From the NCBI RefSeq assembly GCF_006345805.1, contig NC_043024.1:4340001-4404000 (forward strand): a stretch of 64,000 nt of DNA, in the 5' to 3' direction. Source of the stretch: Octopus sinensis (Eukaryota). The notes below the pieces were generated by a model. It was not told the origin of the DNA, made no database searches, and saw only the letters and a list, made by a program, of their open reading frames with translations. This document shows, piece by piece, positions 1 through 13,712 of this stretch. A program made the position numbers and the translations under genes. How positions within the stretch are numbered: position 1 is the first letter of the stretch; each line of letters begins with the position of its first letter.

Positions 1-515
<515 letters not shown>

Positions 516-864
516 TCACCAAATATTTTTCTTCTTTTCGTTTTTATAGTTTATTCCAAACAAATATCACTTCTCTTATATTTCTTCGAAATGTGATCAA
601 TGCCAATATTTAAAAATGTTACAAATATTTTTGTAAATCTATCAAAGTATATTTAAAAGAGAAAATTATCTCTTGCACATTTCAGACACAGATGTAAAGA
701 AATGCTTTCTCTCTCAGAGGAAATATTTTACCGTAATTCAGCAATGTTTTATAGAAGAAGGATTATACATTTGTAGAATATCTTTGCAGAGTCTTTCAAA
801 CATGATACATATTGATGATTCTTTAAAAGTCAAAAATACTTTTTAGCCAATTTCATGTCATTTC

Positions 865-890
865 CTGAAAGAATAGAAAAAAATAATATA
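865..890 (-). promoter_or_regulatory. Probable splice acceptor of the ZNF coding exon (paralogous AG sites at 865, 21147, 28968, 43176; family B 49999, 58361)
   Basis: A pyrimidine tract ending TTTCAG is conserved ~390-430 nt upstream of the start in all four family A copies and two family B copies, followed by a similar A(A/T)(A/T)CACAT-like sequence. No transcript evidence. Confidence 0.55.
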
Positions 891-1185
891 AGACATAGAA
901 TAGGTTTAAAAGGTAGATGTTCAAAAGTGCAAATTTATGACATTTCTGTTTTAATGGATTGTAGAAGTAAACCTGCATTCAAACTAATAAACTTACCCAA
1001 AAGTTAATAAATTACGAGCAGATTCAATAATTATAATAGCAACTCCTGGACATTAAATCTGTGACACACACGCTCTTTCTCTCTCTCTCTCACACACACC
1101 AATATAGATGTTAATGGCCTAGATAACCAATGTTTCCACCTCAGAGTTCTATCTTGTCAACACAGCTTTGTTTAGTAACACAGAT

Positions 1186-1476
1186 GTGGAGGCACATGAC
1201 CTAGCGGTTAGAACAATGGACTCATGGTCGAGGGATCACAGGTTCAAATCTCAGACCAAGCAACGTGTGTGTTTATGAGTGAAACACCTAAGCTCCACGT
1301 GGCTCCGGTAGAAGGTAATGGCGAACTTCTGCCGACTCTTTCGCCACAACTTTCTCTCACTCTTTCCTCCTGCATCTTGCAGCTCACCTGCGACGGACCA
1401 GCGTCTTGTCTAGGTGGGGAATCTATACACTAAGGAAACCAGCCCTTATGAGCCAGGCATGGCTCGAGAAGGAACA
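1186..1476 (+). mobile_element. tRNA-derived SINE with V-domain-like core, 12-bp TSD
   Basis: A box (TGACCTAGCGG) and B box (GGTTCAAATC). Core GCAGCTCACCTGCGACGGACCAGCGTCTTGTCTAGGTGG resembles the V-SINE domain. Direct repeat AGTAACACAGAT at 1174-1185 and 1477-1488. Confidence 0.8.
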
Positions 1477-1499
1477 AGTAACACAGATATCACACCTGT

Positions 1500-1870
1500 C
1501 TTGCCACCTGAATAGGCAGGTGCATTGTCACTCACCAGAGGCATCGAATTGTGGCCCTTTCCAATGAATAGCATCCCGCAAACGTCACAGTAGAACTCCT
1601 GGTTTACTGTCTGACCAGGTGGAGCATACTCATGATGAACAATCCCCTGGAGTCAAAGAAAACGGTCAACAGTGTCTTCACATTCGTCAGTCTTGGAGAG
1701 GTCGAGGTTTTCAACTTCAAAGACTGAACCTTTAGGGGAACATTGCAGTTCGCTTGAAGCATTGCGCACTGTTCGTAAAAATAATGCATTGAATGGCACA
1801 ACAACGGACTATAATAACCGTTGTAATTTAATCGTCCATAGTCTGATATAATATTTTGGAATATAAAAAT
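1500..1870 (-). mobile_element. mariner (DD34D) transposase remnant
   Basis: Mixed-frame translation gives NVKTLLTVFFDSRG / IVHHEYAPPGQTVNQEFYCDV / DNAPAY, matching the mariner catalytic-domain motifs around the second Asp. Confidence 0.7.
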
Positions 1871-3802
1871 TCCTTCTTCAGATATCCCTGGGAATTGATC
1901 GAGTCACTGCTATAATCGGTTTTCCAGTGGATTTTTTTTTCTTTCCGGAAGTGTCTCAGTAGTGGTCTCACGAAGCTCCTTCCAGAATTTCTCATGAGAA
2001 GTGCATGAGGTCAGCCCTCTCTCAAGCTCATGTGTGCTGTCACATCTGTAGCAGTTCTACTGAGCCTTTGATGGGGAGTCATGTTACCAAAGACTGACCC
2101 GAAAACCTTAACCTTAACCCTAAAACCCTAATCTTAACCGTAACTACAGAAATGTTTTGAAATTTTTTTCCACATCATAAATGTCCATATTTTTCTGCAT
2201 ATTTAGAAAAAAGAAATTCTTAAAAAGACAATTCTATAAAAGTTTTCGGAAATGAAGGAAATGGGGGTGTGGTGGATAATTAAAACATGCCAAATTTTGC
2301 CAATTTTTTTGCAGAGTCGTATTCCCTGCAGTCAAAAAGTGGAGTTGTGTCCAAATTTTTTAACGGGGGGGGGGGGAGTCTTGCCGCATTTCTGAAGTAA
2401 TTATTAAAAAAAATAACATGAATATATCTATATATATCTATATATATATATATTTGAGATGGTTTTTCTTATTTTACTTAAATCGTTCGTTTTCTTCATC
2501 ACAATACACATCCTTTACAATTATTCCTAATTTTTCTTTTCTTTTCTGCCTTTTCAAATTATTGACAAGACTTCCTTTGTACCCCTCTTATATATATATA
2601 AGTTATAAATTGTAATAACGGAGAAGAACTAGCAAAAATAAAGACATTTTTTAAATGTTTCCCAAAAATGCCGATCCATGTGAACCATCCTCTTTTCGTT
2701 TCAGTATTTCGAGTGCACAATCTAATTTTTATATATTCTCTATGTTTCAGAAATTACATCGTAATTTCCCTGCATTTAACTAAATTGTTAGATTTACAAG
2801 CCAAAAATAAAGGAAAATGTTGTGTAAACAAGGTATAGCACTGACTCAAAGCAATGTAAGAAATAACCAAAACTGGAACGGAATGTCTAAAAGAAAATAA
2901 AACAAAATTATTCGAATGTCAGCCTTACTTTCATATAATTTCGGCTTTGTTTGGTGAGATTCTTTTAATTTAGTTATTCTACACGTCACAATAAGCAAAT
3001 GTACGTAAAATGACACATATACAATAGAAATGCTTAAATAAATATAATACTCACATAGAAATATATGTATATATAGATAGAGTCACCGAGGAAAATGTGA
3101 GAATATGATGAAGCAGTGAGGACTGGAGTCTGAGTGGACAATGACAGCTTCAAGAGAATTTCTAGATTTTTAATAGCAAACGTTGATTTATATTTTGCAG
3201 GTGAATTTAATAAAGAATACTGTACGGATTTCTTTACACAGTTAATTATCAAACGTGTGTATATTCAATTGGGTTCTCTCTTAAACAAGGAAACAGAATT
3301 GGAAAGATTTAGCAATTAATAGACAAGGGGAAATCACTCTATTTCTAATATCCGTTTTTAATTAAGAGCTGAGGTGCTTCACATAAATTCGTAAAAGGCT
3401 TTGTTGCTCCTGTTTCTTACGCAGTTTTATTGCTTGACCGGTTCCACTTTACAACTGATATTTAAGAGAAAACCGAATTAAATATATACACGATTGGTAA
3501 TTAAATTTCTAAAGAAACAGATGCAGCATTTTTGATTATGTGAACCTGAAAAATATTAATTAACGTTTGTTGTAATGAGGAAGAAATTCTCTTGAAGCTC
3601 TCTTTGTCCACTCTGAGTTCAGTTTTCACTACAATATATTCTTCTCACACCTTCTTCGTTGACTCACTCTGCATATATACACACACACATATATATATAT
3701 ATATATATTTATTGTGTAAGTATTATATTTATATAAACATTTCTATTATATATGTGTCATGCCAAATATCTGATTGTTTCGATGTGTTGAGTAAGTTAAA
3801 AG

Positions 3803-4047
3803 GGTACTACTTAAGAAGAGTGTTCCCGGTGCGCGCACTCGCGTATCCGCCCTAGCTAGTCGATCCTTACTTTGTGTTTTTGTTTTATTTACTTTCTTTT
3901 TAAAAAATTATTTACTTTGTGTTTTAAAAAAATTATGTATTTTGTGTTTTATTTACTTTGCTACGTAGTCGTTGTAGGATCGACTAGTCACGACTAGCTA
4001 GCGCGGATGCGTGAGTGCGCGCACCTGAACCACTCTAATTAACGTAC
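3803..4047. mobile_element. MULE-like MITE (GGTACTAC... TIRs), 9-bp TSD
   Basis: Terminal inverted repeats of ~70 bp (GGTGCGCGCACTCGCGTATCCGCCCTAGCTAGTCG and its complement). TSD AGTTAAAAG at 3794-3802 and 4048-4056. The paralogous site at 27584-27592 is empty. Confidence 0.85.
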
Positions 4048-4077
4048 AGTTAAAAGAAAGAATTTCACTAAACAAAT

Positions 4078-4402
4078 ACGATCTATTGCATTTCAATCTG
4101 TTTTAGGGTTAGGGTTAGGGGAAGGGTATCTTTTTGTTCTTCACAAACCCAATCTGTTTCTTAAACGAGGGACATATTCATACGGCATAGAATGTTTTTT
4201 ACCTCAATAGACGTCAATGATTGGTTGAAATTGCAGAAATTGAAGGAAGAAAACAACAAATATGTTACAAACTATAGAATTTTCTTAATAAAGCCAAGAG
4301 AAAAAGATGTCTTATGAACACATTCTACCAGTATACGAAGTTTAAAATTTTTTAGTTACCTAGAAATTATGTTAAAAACTGCCGTTCAAACAGAAAAGAT
4401 CC
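4078..4402 (-). mobile_element. Partial copy of the GGATC-TIR non-autonomous DNA transposon family
   Basis: Reverse complement of 4484-4810; ends ...AAAACTGCCGTTCAAACAGAAAAGATCC. Confidence 0.75.
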
Positions 4403-4483
4403 CAACTTTCTGTGGAAGAATTAAATTAACTGATGAAATTCTGCATGGAAAATTATAGGAATCCCTCAAATATTAAAATTATC

Positions 4484-4885
4484 AGATCTTTTTGGTTTGA
4501 ATGGCTGTTTTTTAACATAATTTCTAGGTAACTAAAAAATGTTAAACTTTTTATACTGGTAGAATGTGTTTATAAAACATCTTTTTCTCTTGGTTTATTG
4601 AGAAAATTCTATAGTTTGTAACATATTTGGGTTTTTTTTCTGCAATTCCAACCAATCAATGACGTCTATTGAGGTGAAAAAACATTCTGCGCCGTATGAA
4701 TATGTCCCTCATTTAAGAAACAGTTTGGGTTTATTTACATTTGTGAAGAAAATAAGATATCCTTCCCCCCACCCCTAACCCTAAAACAGATTGAAATGCA
4801 ATAGATCGATACTAGTGTCATAATTATGGGTGACAATTTCATATGACACCGCTAGAAAAAACTGCCGATCAAACCGAAAAGATCC
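4484..4885 (+). mobile_element. GGATC-TIR non-autonomous DNA transposon (Merlin-like); other copies 6860-7029, 21664-22048, 46688-46810, 57419-58029
   Basis: ~28-bp TIRs (GATCTTTTTGGTTTGAATGGCTGTTTT ... AAAACTGCCGATCAAACCGAAAAGATCC) and an internal CCCTAACCCTAA tract. Superfamily inferred from the GG termini and the 8-bp TSD at the 57419 copy. Confidence 0.7.
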
Positions 4886-5437
4886 TGGCTTGTTACTATG
4901 GAAACAAGCACCTATACATCTGTGGCTTTCAAATGGCTGAAATTACCCAAGATTGCAAACTATAAAAAGAATTTCATGTCAATGAATGCCTTACAAAACT
5001 ATACCAATACTCCAAATATGGAATCAATAGGAACAAAAATGGAAGAAATTGAAAAGTGGCAGCGACCTCCAAAATAACATTTTTAACCATTACATTCCCC
5101 CCTACCACGTGCCATGCATGCTTCATCCTCAATCAATTCTCTCTATTTCGGCTCCACTCTTTGCCTTATCCTCTTTCCTCTCTCCCTCTTTTTCTCCATT
5201 CAGAAGTGTCTTTGATATTCTCATCACCAAAAGGAAGACAGTATATTTATAAGGAGCATTCATGAATAAGTCTACCTCTGTATATAAATACAGTCTATAA
5301 CAAGGAACAGCGAAATATTTCTCTTTCTGTGGAATGTATGGAAGAAACATTGCATTAAATTGTTATCTGAATGAAGTGACAAAAGTGAACAGAAATGTAT
5401 TCATGGAAATGAAAAACACTTTATCATTGTGAAGTGT

Positions 5438-6480
<1,043 letters not shown>

Positions 6481-6604
6481 GCTAAAACACAGGCTTTTTC
6501 CTTTCATCAGTTATAGGAATTTCTTAATAAAGAATAATGAATAAAATATTTATTTTGTGCTTGTTTTTTTGCACTATATCTGGACCGTTCCCTTTGTACC
6601 TTAA

Positions 6605-6791
6605 ACCTGTCAACTGGCACAAAGTGACGTCCCTTCAATACTACCTTCCTCCCTGCCAGTTTTGAGCTACTTTGTCTTGCAAGGTCCTTGGGGACCCTGT
6701 CAGTTTTGTTTTCACATAAAAAAGAAAAAATGACACCCAGTGCACTCTGTAGAAGGGTTGACATTAGGAAATGCATTCTGCAGTTGAAGGG
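6605..6791. mobile_element. piggyBac-like MITE
   Basis: TTAA at 6601-6604 and 6792-6795 flank imperfect TIRs ACCTGTCAACTGGCA / TGCAGTTGAAGGG. Confidence 0.5.
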
Positions 6792-7139
6792 TTAATGACA
6801 GGATGTTGTCTGTTTTAGACACAGCAAATGATTTTAGCTCAATAGAGGGCATAGGATTGTTAAAAATTCGAAACATTAAACTACTTTAAACTTACAAATT
6901 ACAATTTTCTCAAGAAAGCCAAGAGAAAAAAAAGTTTTATTTTGACACATTGAACCAGCATACGAAGTTTTAAAGTGTTTAGTTAACTAGAAATTGTGTT
7001 GAAAACTGCCGTTCAAAAGGAAAAGATCCCATTTTTGTAATTCTTTGTACTGCTATGTCGTTTTCTATGTTCGATCTCAGGATCATAATAAAGATTTTGT
7101 CACTGTGAGATTTTCTATTCAGCGTTTTAGCTAAACAGA

Positions 7140-7225
7140 AATATATTCTTACAGGAGAGAAGATATATCAGTGCGAGATCTGTGACAAATCAGTCCCTCA
7201 AATGAGAGCCTTGACACACAATACA
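7140..7225 (+). pseudogene. Isolated degenerate zinc-finger remnant
   Basis: TATTCTTACAGGAGAGAAGATATATCAGTGCGAGATCTGTGACAAATC resembles a HTGEKxYQCEICDKS linker plus finger start. Confidence 0.5.
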
Positions 7226-8007
7226 GATATTAATAGAATAAAACTGAGGGGGATACTGGAGGGAATCCCACCAGTCTGTAGAGCCATCTAGGAGAGAATT
7301 AGAGAACTACTATGAAACGAAGGGAAATAACTTCTATAATAGTTCATTCCTGCCGTCGATAGGTTGGCCACGAAACGGCGCGCTTTCACTCTTGATGACG
7401 TCATACACTTACTGGCTTCCCGTGTGTGCAAAGTGCTTTGTAATTAACATCATTATTATTAATTAGACTAATTAGTTATCGGTCTGTGATTTGCAGTTTT
7501 TGTCTGAATACGGTAAGTTGACGATGATAATTATACTACTAATAACAATGTAATTAATAGAATTCTGTGAACTTCTCGGTGTCACAGTAATTATTTTGAA
7601 GCGAAAACATAAAAACTTTAGGAAAATATATTTCCTCGTCTTAAATAATAACTTCCAAAGTGAAATGTTGGTTTGTTGTTTCTGAAAACCTATTATCGGC
7701 TGTTAGATGTGATATAGAGGAAATTTATTTGTAAAATGAGAAGAAAACGTTGTGATTAACGAGTAAAACGAACAGAGAAGCGGCATAACTACAGATTCAT
7801 GCCCCACCACTTTGGATGATCGTAACTTTAATTAAATGTTCTACGAATATTTGTTATAGTATGTAGATTCCGAGTATACAAAACTTTTGTAGGAAAGTGC
7901 TTTTGGTGTGAGGAGTTTCGGAAAATTCAGCGGCGTCAACTTCAATTCTTCTTAACTTTCAAGAAAATAGATGTTATACTTTTAATTGAAATTTTCTACA
8001 AATATAC

Positions 8008-8238
8008 GTATTTCTTTATTACCCACAAGGGGCTAAACACAGAGGGGACAAACAAGGACAGACATAGGTATTAAGTCGATTACATCGACCCCAGTGCGTA
8101 ACTGGTACTTAATTTATCGACCCCGAAAGGATGAAAGGCAAAGTCGACCTCGGCGGATTTTGAACTCACAACGTAACGCAGACGAAATACTGCTAAGCAT
8201 TTCGCCCGGCGTGCTAATGTTTCTGCCAGCTCGCTGCC
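8008..8238 (-). mobile_element. tRNA-derived SINE (Deu/Nin-domain-like core), 14-bp TSD
   Basis: Minus strand starts GGCAGCGAGCTGGCAGAAAC..., has B-box-like GAGTTCAAATCC and core GTCGACTTTGCCTTTCATCCTTTCGGGGTCGATAAATTAAGTACCAG. TSD TTCTACAAATATAC at 7994-8007 and 8239-8252. Confidence 0.8.
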
Positions 8239-8439
8239 TTCTACAAATATACCTCGGACGATATAGATTCCGAGAAGGTAGGAATTTTGTGGGAAAACAA
8301 TTCGGGGGTTTACTTTTGAGGACCGTTCATTTATTTATTTTCTAAAATATTCCTTAATTCTTGCAACCTCTTCACTGGTTCATGACCATGTCCATTATTG
8401 GAGCTGTTTCTTTTTGTTTGTTGCTGTGCATGTGTCTGT

Positions 8440-8545
8440 ATGTGGCAGCTTGCATGAATATACGCGTATGTATATATATATATGTATTTATGTTCATACA
8501 TACATATATATACACACGTATGTATATATATGTATTTATGCATAT

Positions 8546-8580
<35 letters not shown>

Positions 8581-8719
8581 GTATATATATATACAAAATA
8601 TATTTATATATACAATCTATATATATATATATAATATAGTATATATATATATATTTGTATATATATATATATTTATATATATATATATATATGTATACAT
8701 ATATACACAAAATATATAT

Positions 8720-8752
<33 letters not shown>

Positions 8753-9155
8753 CTCTTTTACTTGTTTCAGTCATTTGACTGCGGCCATGCTGGAGCACCG
8801 CCTTTAGTCAAGGAAATCGACCCCGGGACTTATTCTTTGTAAGCCCAGTACTTATTCTATCGGTCCCTTTTGCCGAACCGCTAAGTAACGGGGACGTAAA
8901 CACACCAGCATCGGTTGTCAAGCAATGCTAGAGGGACAAACACAGACACACAAACATATACACACACATACATACACATATATATACATATATACGATAG
9001 GCTTCTTTCAGTTTCCGTCTACCAAATCCACTCACAAGGCATTGGTTGGCCCGGGGCTACAGCAGAAGACACTTGCCCAAGATGCCACGCAGTGGGACTG
9101 AACCCGGAACCATGTGGTTGGTTAGCAAGCTACTTACCACACAGCCACTCCTGCG

Positions 9156-9248
<93 letters not shown>

Positions 9249-10085
9249 AAATATATATATACAATATATATATATATATAAACAAAATATATATATACTA
9301 TATATTTATATATATGTATTTTGATATATATATATATATACAATATATAATATATATATATAATATATATACATATATATATATATAATATATTATATAT
9401 ATATATAATATATTATATATATATATATATAACAAAGTTGAGTTGTGGGGTATCGCACGAGTGGAATTATATACGAAAGAAGGTTTGAAAATGCAATTTA
9501 AAAGATGTTTATTTACTTTACCGGTTTCACTCTTTGGAAAAAGTTTATCAAAAGTAACATGTGGAAGTTTGGTTGCGTTAATTCTTGGTTGTTGCAAATT
9601 GCTACATTACATATATATATACAGTCTTTGGAAACAGGGACATGTTAAGGACATAAAAAAGTACAACAAGTTCCTTAAAGTATTGGGCACAAAATATTAC
9701 ATAAATAATCGTTCTCAAGGACATACTTAAGATAGTTTCCAGAAGGAATTGATATTGGTACTGTATCTGTATATTCAAACATGCACAGAATATTGGTTGA
9801 CACAGAGTACTATAATCCATATAAATATACAGTCTTTGGTGACAACAGTATGTTGAGAATATAAAAAAGTTTAACAAGCTCATTGAAATAATGGGCAGAA
9901 AAGATTAAAACAAATATATTATACATCTCAGGGTAATTTCCAGGATGAAATATTAAAAAAAGTTCAGTATACACATACAGAATATTATGAGTTATATATA
10001 TATATATATTATATTATATATATATTATATTATATATATATATTATATATATAATATATATATATATATAAAATACACACACACA
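8440..10085. repeat. (TA)n-rich microsatellite blocks (8440-8752, 9158-9430, 9990-10085)
   Basis: Direct inspection; the ORFs here are YI/IY low-complexity artefacts. Confidence 0.95.
8753..9157 (-). mobile_element. tRNA-derived SINE (CORE-like); degraded fragments also near 48840-48990, 49640-49720, 63895-63980
   Basis: Minus strand GGCGCAGGAGTGGCTGTGTGGTAAG... GGTTCAGTCCCAC (A/B boxes), then CTTGGGCAAGTG core-like segment, internal (CA/TA)n, and a TACTCTTTTACTTGTTTCAG tail on the plus strand. Confidence 0.75.
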
Positions 10086-10119
10086 CAGATATACATGTAT
10101 GTAAATGTACATATTCATA

Positions 10120-11755
10120 TCCATCATATCAAAGTCAATGTCTTTATGTGTTTGTGTGTTACTTATACATTTGAAAACTGCTGCACCGATCCTAATGAAA
10201 TTTGGAACAGAAAATCCAAGCCTAGGGAGAAGGGCAATGCTGTGTGTTTCATACAATTTCATAGGCCAAAATTACTGAATCCTTATGATATTTGGAACTT
10301 AGATTCAATGCATACAGGTGGGTATAATGCAATATGTTTGGTTTGAATTTGAGACAGCTTAAAGGGGGAGGAAACCCATGAAAATTCATGAATTTTCGAT
10401 GTTGATGAAATTTTACCCATGGGTAATTGACACACATCAAGAAGTATTCTCAAAGTTTCCACTTCTTAAGCGGATTCTAAGACTCCTTAATGGGGGCTTT
10501 AGCTCCCAAATTTTAGTCATTTTTTACGATCCAAAACTAGGTCAAAAGTACTGAATGGACCTTTATAAAATTTGGAAATTATATTCTATGCATAAGGGCC
10601 ATAATGCCCATGACAATTCATATATTTTTGCTGTTGATGAAATTTTAACCATAGATTTTAGACACAAATGAAGTAACATTTCTAAAATTTCATCTTCTTA
10701 GAAGTTACAAAAACCCCTTTATGTGGACTTAACACTCACAATTTAGTTATTTTATCTAAGCAAAGACGAATACAGTTGTACTTTTGGAAGCTATAGGGTC
10801 ACCCGAGCATGAAATTCAATGGTACAAGAGTGTAAGAGTTTGCTTTGAGATATACTTAGATTGTGATTTCTGCGATGTGGTGCATAAATTGTCAAGTAAA
10901 TGAGAGGAATCTTTGCCTCCACTGATTCAGTTGCAAAGTGTTGAGTAAAGTTTTTTGGTTGCGGACCTCCTTTGAGTCTTTTTATTATCATTGGGCCACA
11001 CATAGTCCCCCGATGGTAACATTGATTTCCAGGTGAGTGATTGGTTATTGAAAGACATTTGTAGATTGTAAATTTATTCTGTCCAGTTACCTATCGGTAT
11101 AGTGGTCATTTGCAAACTCCAGAGGTGACACTTTCATTTCCCATTAGCCCTCACGTCACACAGTTGTTAATGTTTATTTCAGTTGGGTCATGCCCCTCCA
11201 ATTGCTATAGATTCGTAATGCATCTTATGGCCGTGCCTGTCACCTGTATGGTGAGGAATCCTACATTGGGAAGTGGTAACGACTAGGGTAGGGTAACTGA
11301 CTGCTTATTGTGATCATTTGTCTTTTGGTTTCCTGTAGCTTTGCTCTCTTTTACAAACACAGTGAACATACAGATATTTCCTATTTCAAAGAAATTCAAA
11401 CAATACATATAAGACCCAAGTTAAAAAGATTCTCACCAATTCAACTTCTCTGGTTGGCATTAAAACACCGACCCCCACATTTTAGAGCTCTATGACATCC
11501 ATTTTATAGGAGCAAAATCCTTTTAACAGGTTCCATAAGACTGGAATTTTGGATTCTGCGTATAAAGATCAGTAGTATGAGATACATGTGTCATGATCAG
11601 AATTTTTTTAGGGTGTGTACAGAGGGTAAGAACCCTCATCTGCAATTTTGATGAAATTTGAATCATAGATATTCCAGTTCATTAGAGAAAATATAACAGA
11701 AAAGTCTAATTCTTCAATTGCATGTGCCTCGGGCAACGCCGGGTATCTCTGCTAG
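10120..11755 (+). mobile_element. Probable non-autonomous Helitron
   Basis: A|TC 5' junction at 10119/10120, 3' GC-rich imperfect hairpin CGGGCAACGCCGGG followed by CTAG|T at 11752-11756, internal recurring GATGAAATTT(G/T)G motifs, no TSD. Confidence 0.55.
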
Positions 11756-11809
11756 TATAAGATATCTTCACTTTAATACTGAAACTATTAAAGTGAGACT
11801 ATTATCTCA

Positions 11810-12023
11810 CATATATACAGGCATACCTACATAAATACATACATATATATAATATATATATTATGTATATATATATGTATACATCTGCACAAATTAACTT
11901 GTATATCGAGGTATTACTGTATATGCCTCCCGACCTCCCTACATTCATACTTAATACATACATATATATATATACACACACGCACACAACATACGTCACG
12001 CATCCTCTTCCAAGTAAGTTTTG

Positions 12024-12056
<33 letters not shown>

Positions 12057-12186
12057 CTCCAAGGGATCTGGGTTTAAGTCCCATGGCCGATTGTTGACAA
12101 ATTTCTAAATAGCGGTGCTCCAGGATGGCCACAGCTCATGAGCTGAAATTAGATGGAATAAAATGAAAAAAATACATATAAATAAT

Positions 12187-12228
<42 letters not shown>

Positions 12229-13108
12229 CACTCAAGCATACATATATATATATATATATACATACATATTTTTTTTTCATTTTATTCCATCTAATTTCCG
12301 CTCATGGGCTGTGGCCATGCTGGGGCACCGACATTCAAAAATTTGTCAACAACCAGCCATGGTATATAATACAAACATATATATATATATAAATATATAT
12401 ACACACACACACACGCACATATATATATATACATATATGTACACACACACACATATATATATGTAGAAAATTTTAGATTAAAAACCCTTAATTTTGAAAA
12501 AAAAAATTTTCTTAAGCCCGCATTATTTATGGAATGACACAGAATATGTCTATCCTTCACTCACCGATTTACGTGTCCGTCCGACTGTTGTCTGTCTGTC
12601 TCTCTTCATCTCCATCTCTCAACCTATGCACTATAACGCTGGCATAACGTTTGGTGTTACGGGAGACTACTCACAAATATATTGTATGGGAGTTACCTCC
12701 CTTGAACCCACTTAACAGGTAAACATCAGAATATAGCTGTCAAGGGAGACTACTCTTAAATACAGATGGTTTATATATAGGAGTTCTCTCCCTTGATACA
12801 ATTTACCTACAAATTAGATTTTCTCGTCCGTCGTTTACTGGTTTCAATTCTTGGACAAGGCCATGTTGGAGCACCACATCGACTTGTTTACTCATACTCA
12901 TCGAAGGCTGCGCTTATCTCTCTTCACACTGCTACTCATTCCTTCGTTGAATTGCTAAGTTACGATGACGTAAACAGCCAGAATCGAAAATGAATCGGTC
13001 ACGAGGGAGAAACACAAGTCACAGATATGGAAATATATGTGTGGGCGTGTGTGTGTTTGCGCACGTAAGTGTATGTGCGTGTGTGAGATATATATATATA
13101 TGTATATA

Positions 13109-13178
<70 letters not shown>

Positions 13179-13269
13179 CATGTATATATATATATATATA
13201 TATGTATGTATATACATATATACATACATACATATATATGTATGTATATATATATATGTGTGTGTGTGT

Positions 13270-13314
<45 letters not shown>

Positions 13315-13333
13315 CATATATATATGTATATAT
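11810..13333. repeat. (TA)n/(CA)n/(TG)n microsatellite-rich region
   Basis: Direct inspection (11810-12056, 12186-12480, 13040-13333). Confidence 0.9.
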
Positions 13334-13712
13334 GGATACTTTTCTACCAGAGTGGTCCTGGTGCTAGCTAGTTATGACTAGTCGATCTTACAAAGACTAC
13401 GTAATGCAAGTGCGCGACTAAAAATCACACTCGCATGCGCTAGACATGTATGAGGTTTATTTTAACAAATAATTTTTTTTAAACAAAAAAAATAAAACAC
13501 AAAGTAAGTAATTTCTTTTGTTAAGTCTTTTATTTACTTTGTTTAAGACAAAACCCATTTTATTTGATATATATTCAGCCATTATATACATATATTATTA
13601 TGCGTGCATCTGTTAATTTGCATACTCGCGCCAGGTAGTCGTTGAAGGATCGACAAGTCATGACGGACTAGCACGAGTGCGCGCACCGGGACCATTCTTT
13701 TTGAGTAGTACC
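13334..13712. mobile_element. Diverged copy of the MULE-like MITE family
   Basis: GAGTGGTCCTGGTGCTAGCTAGTTATGACTAGTCGATC at left and GATCGACAAGTCATGAC...GTGCGCGCACCGGGACCATTCTTTTTGAGTAGTACC at right; no clear TSD. Confidence 0.7.

Noticed and set aside
4104-4122. Telomere or telomere-healing site (TTAGGG)n; also 2103-2140, 46710-46730, 57736-57745
   Set aside because: Only 2-3 units; except at 2103-2140 they sit at a fixed internal position of the GGATC-TIR family, so they are not interstitial telomeres.
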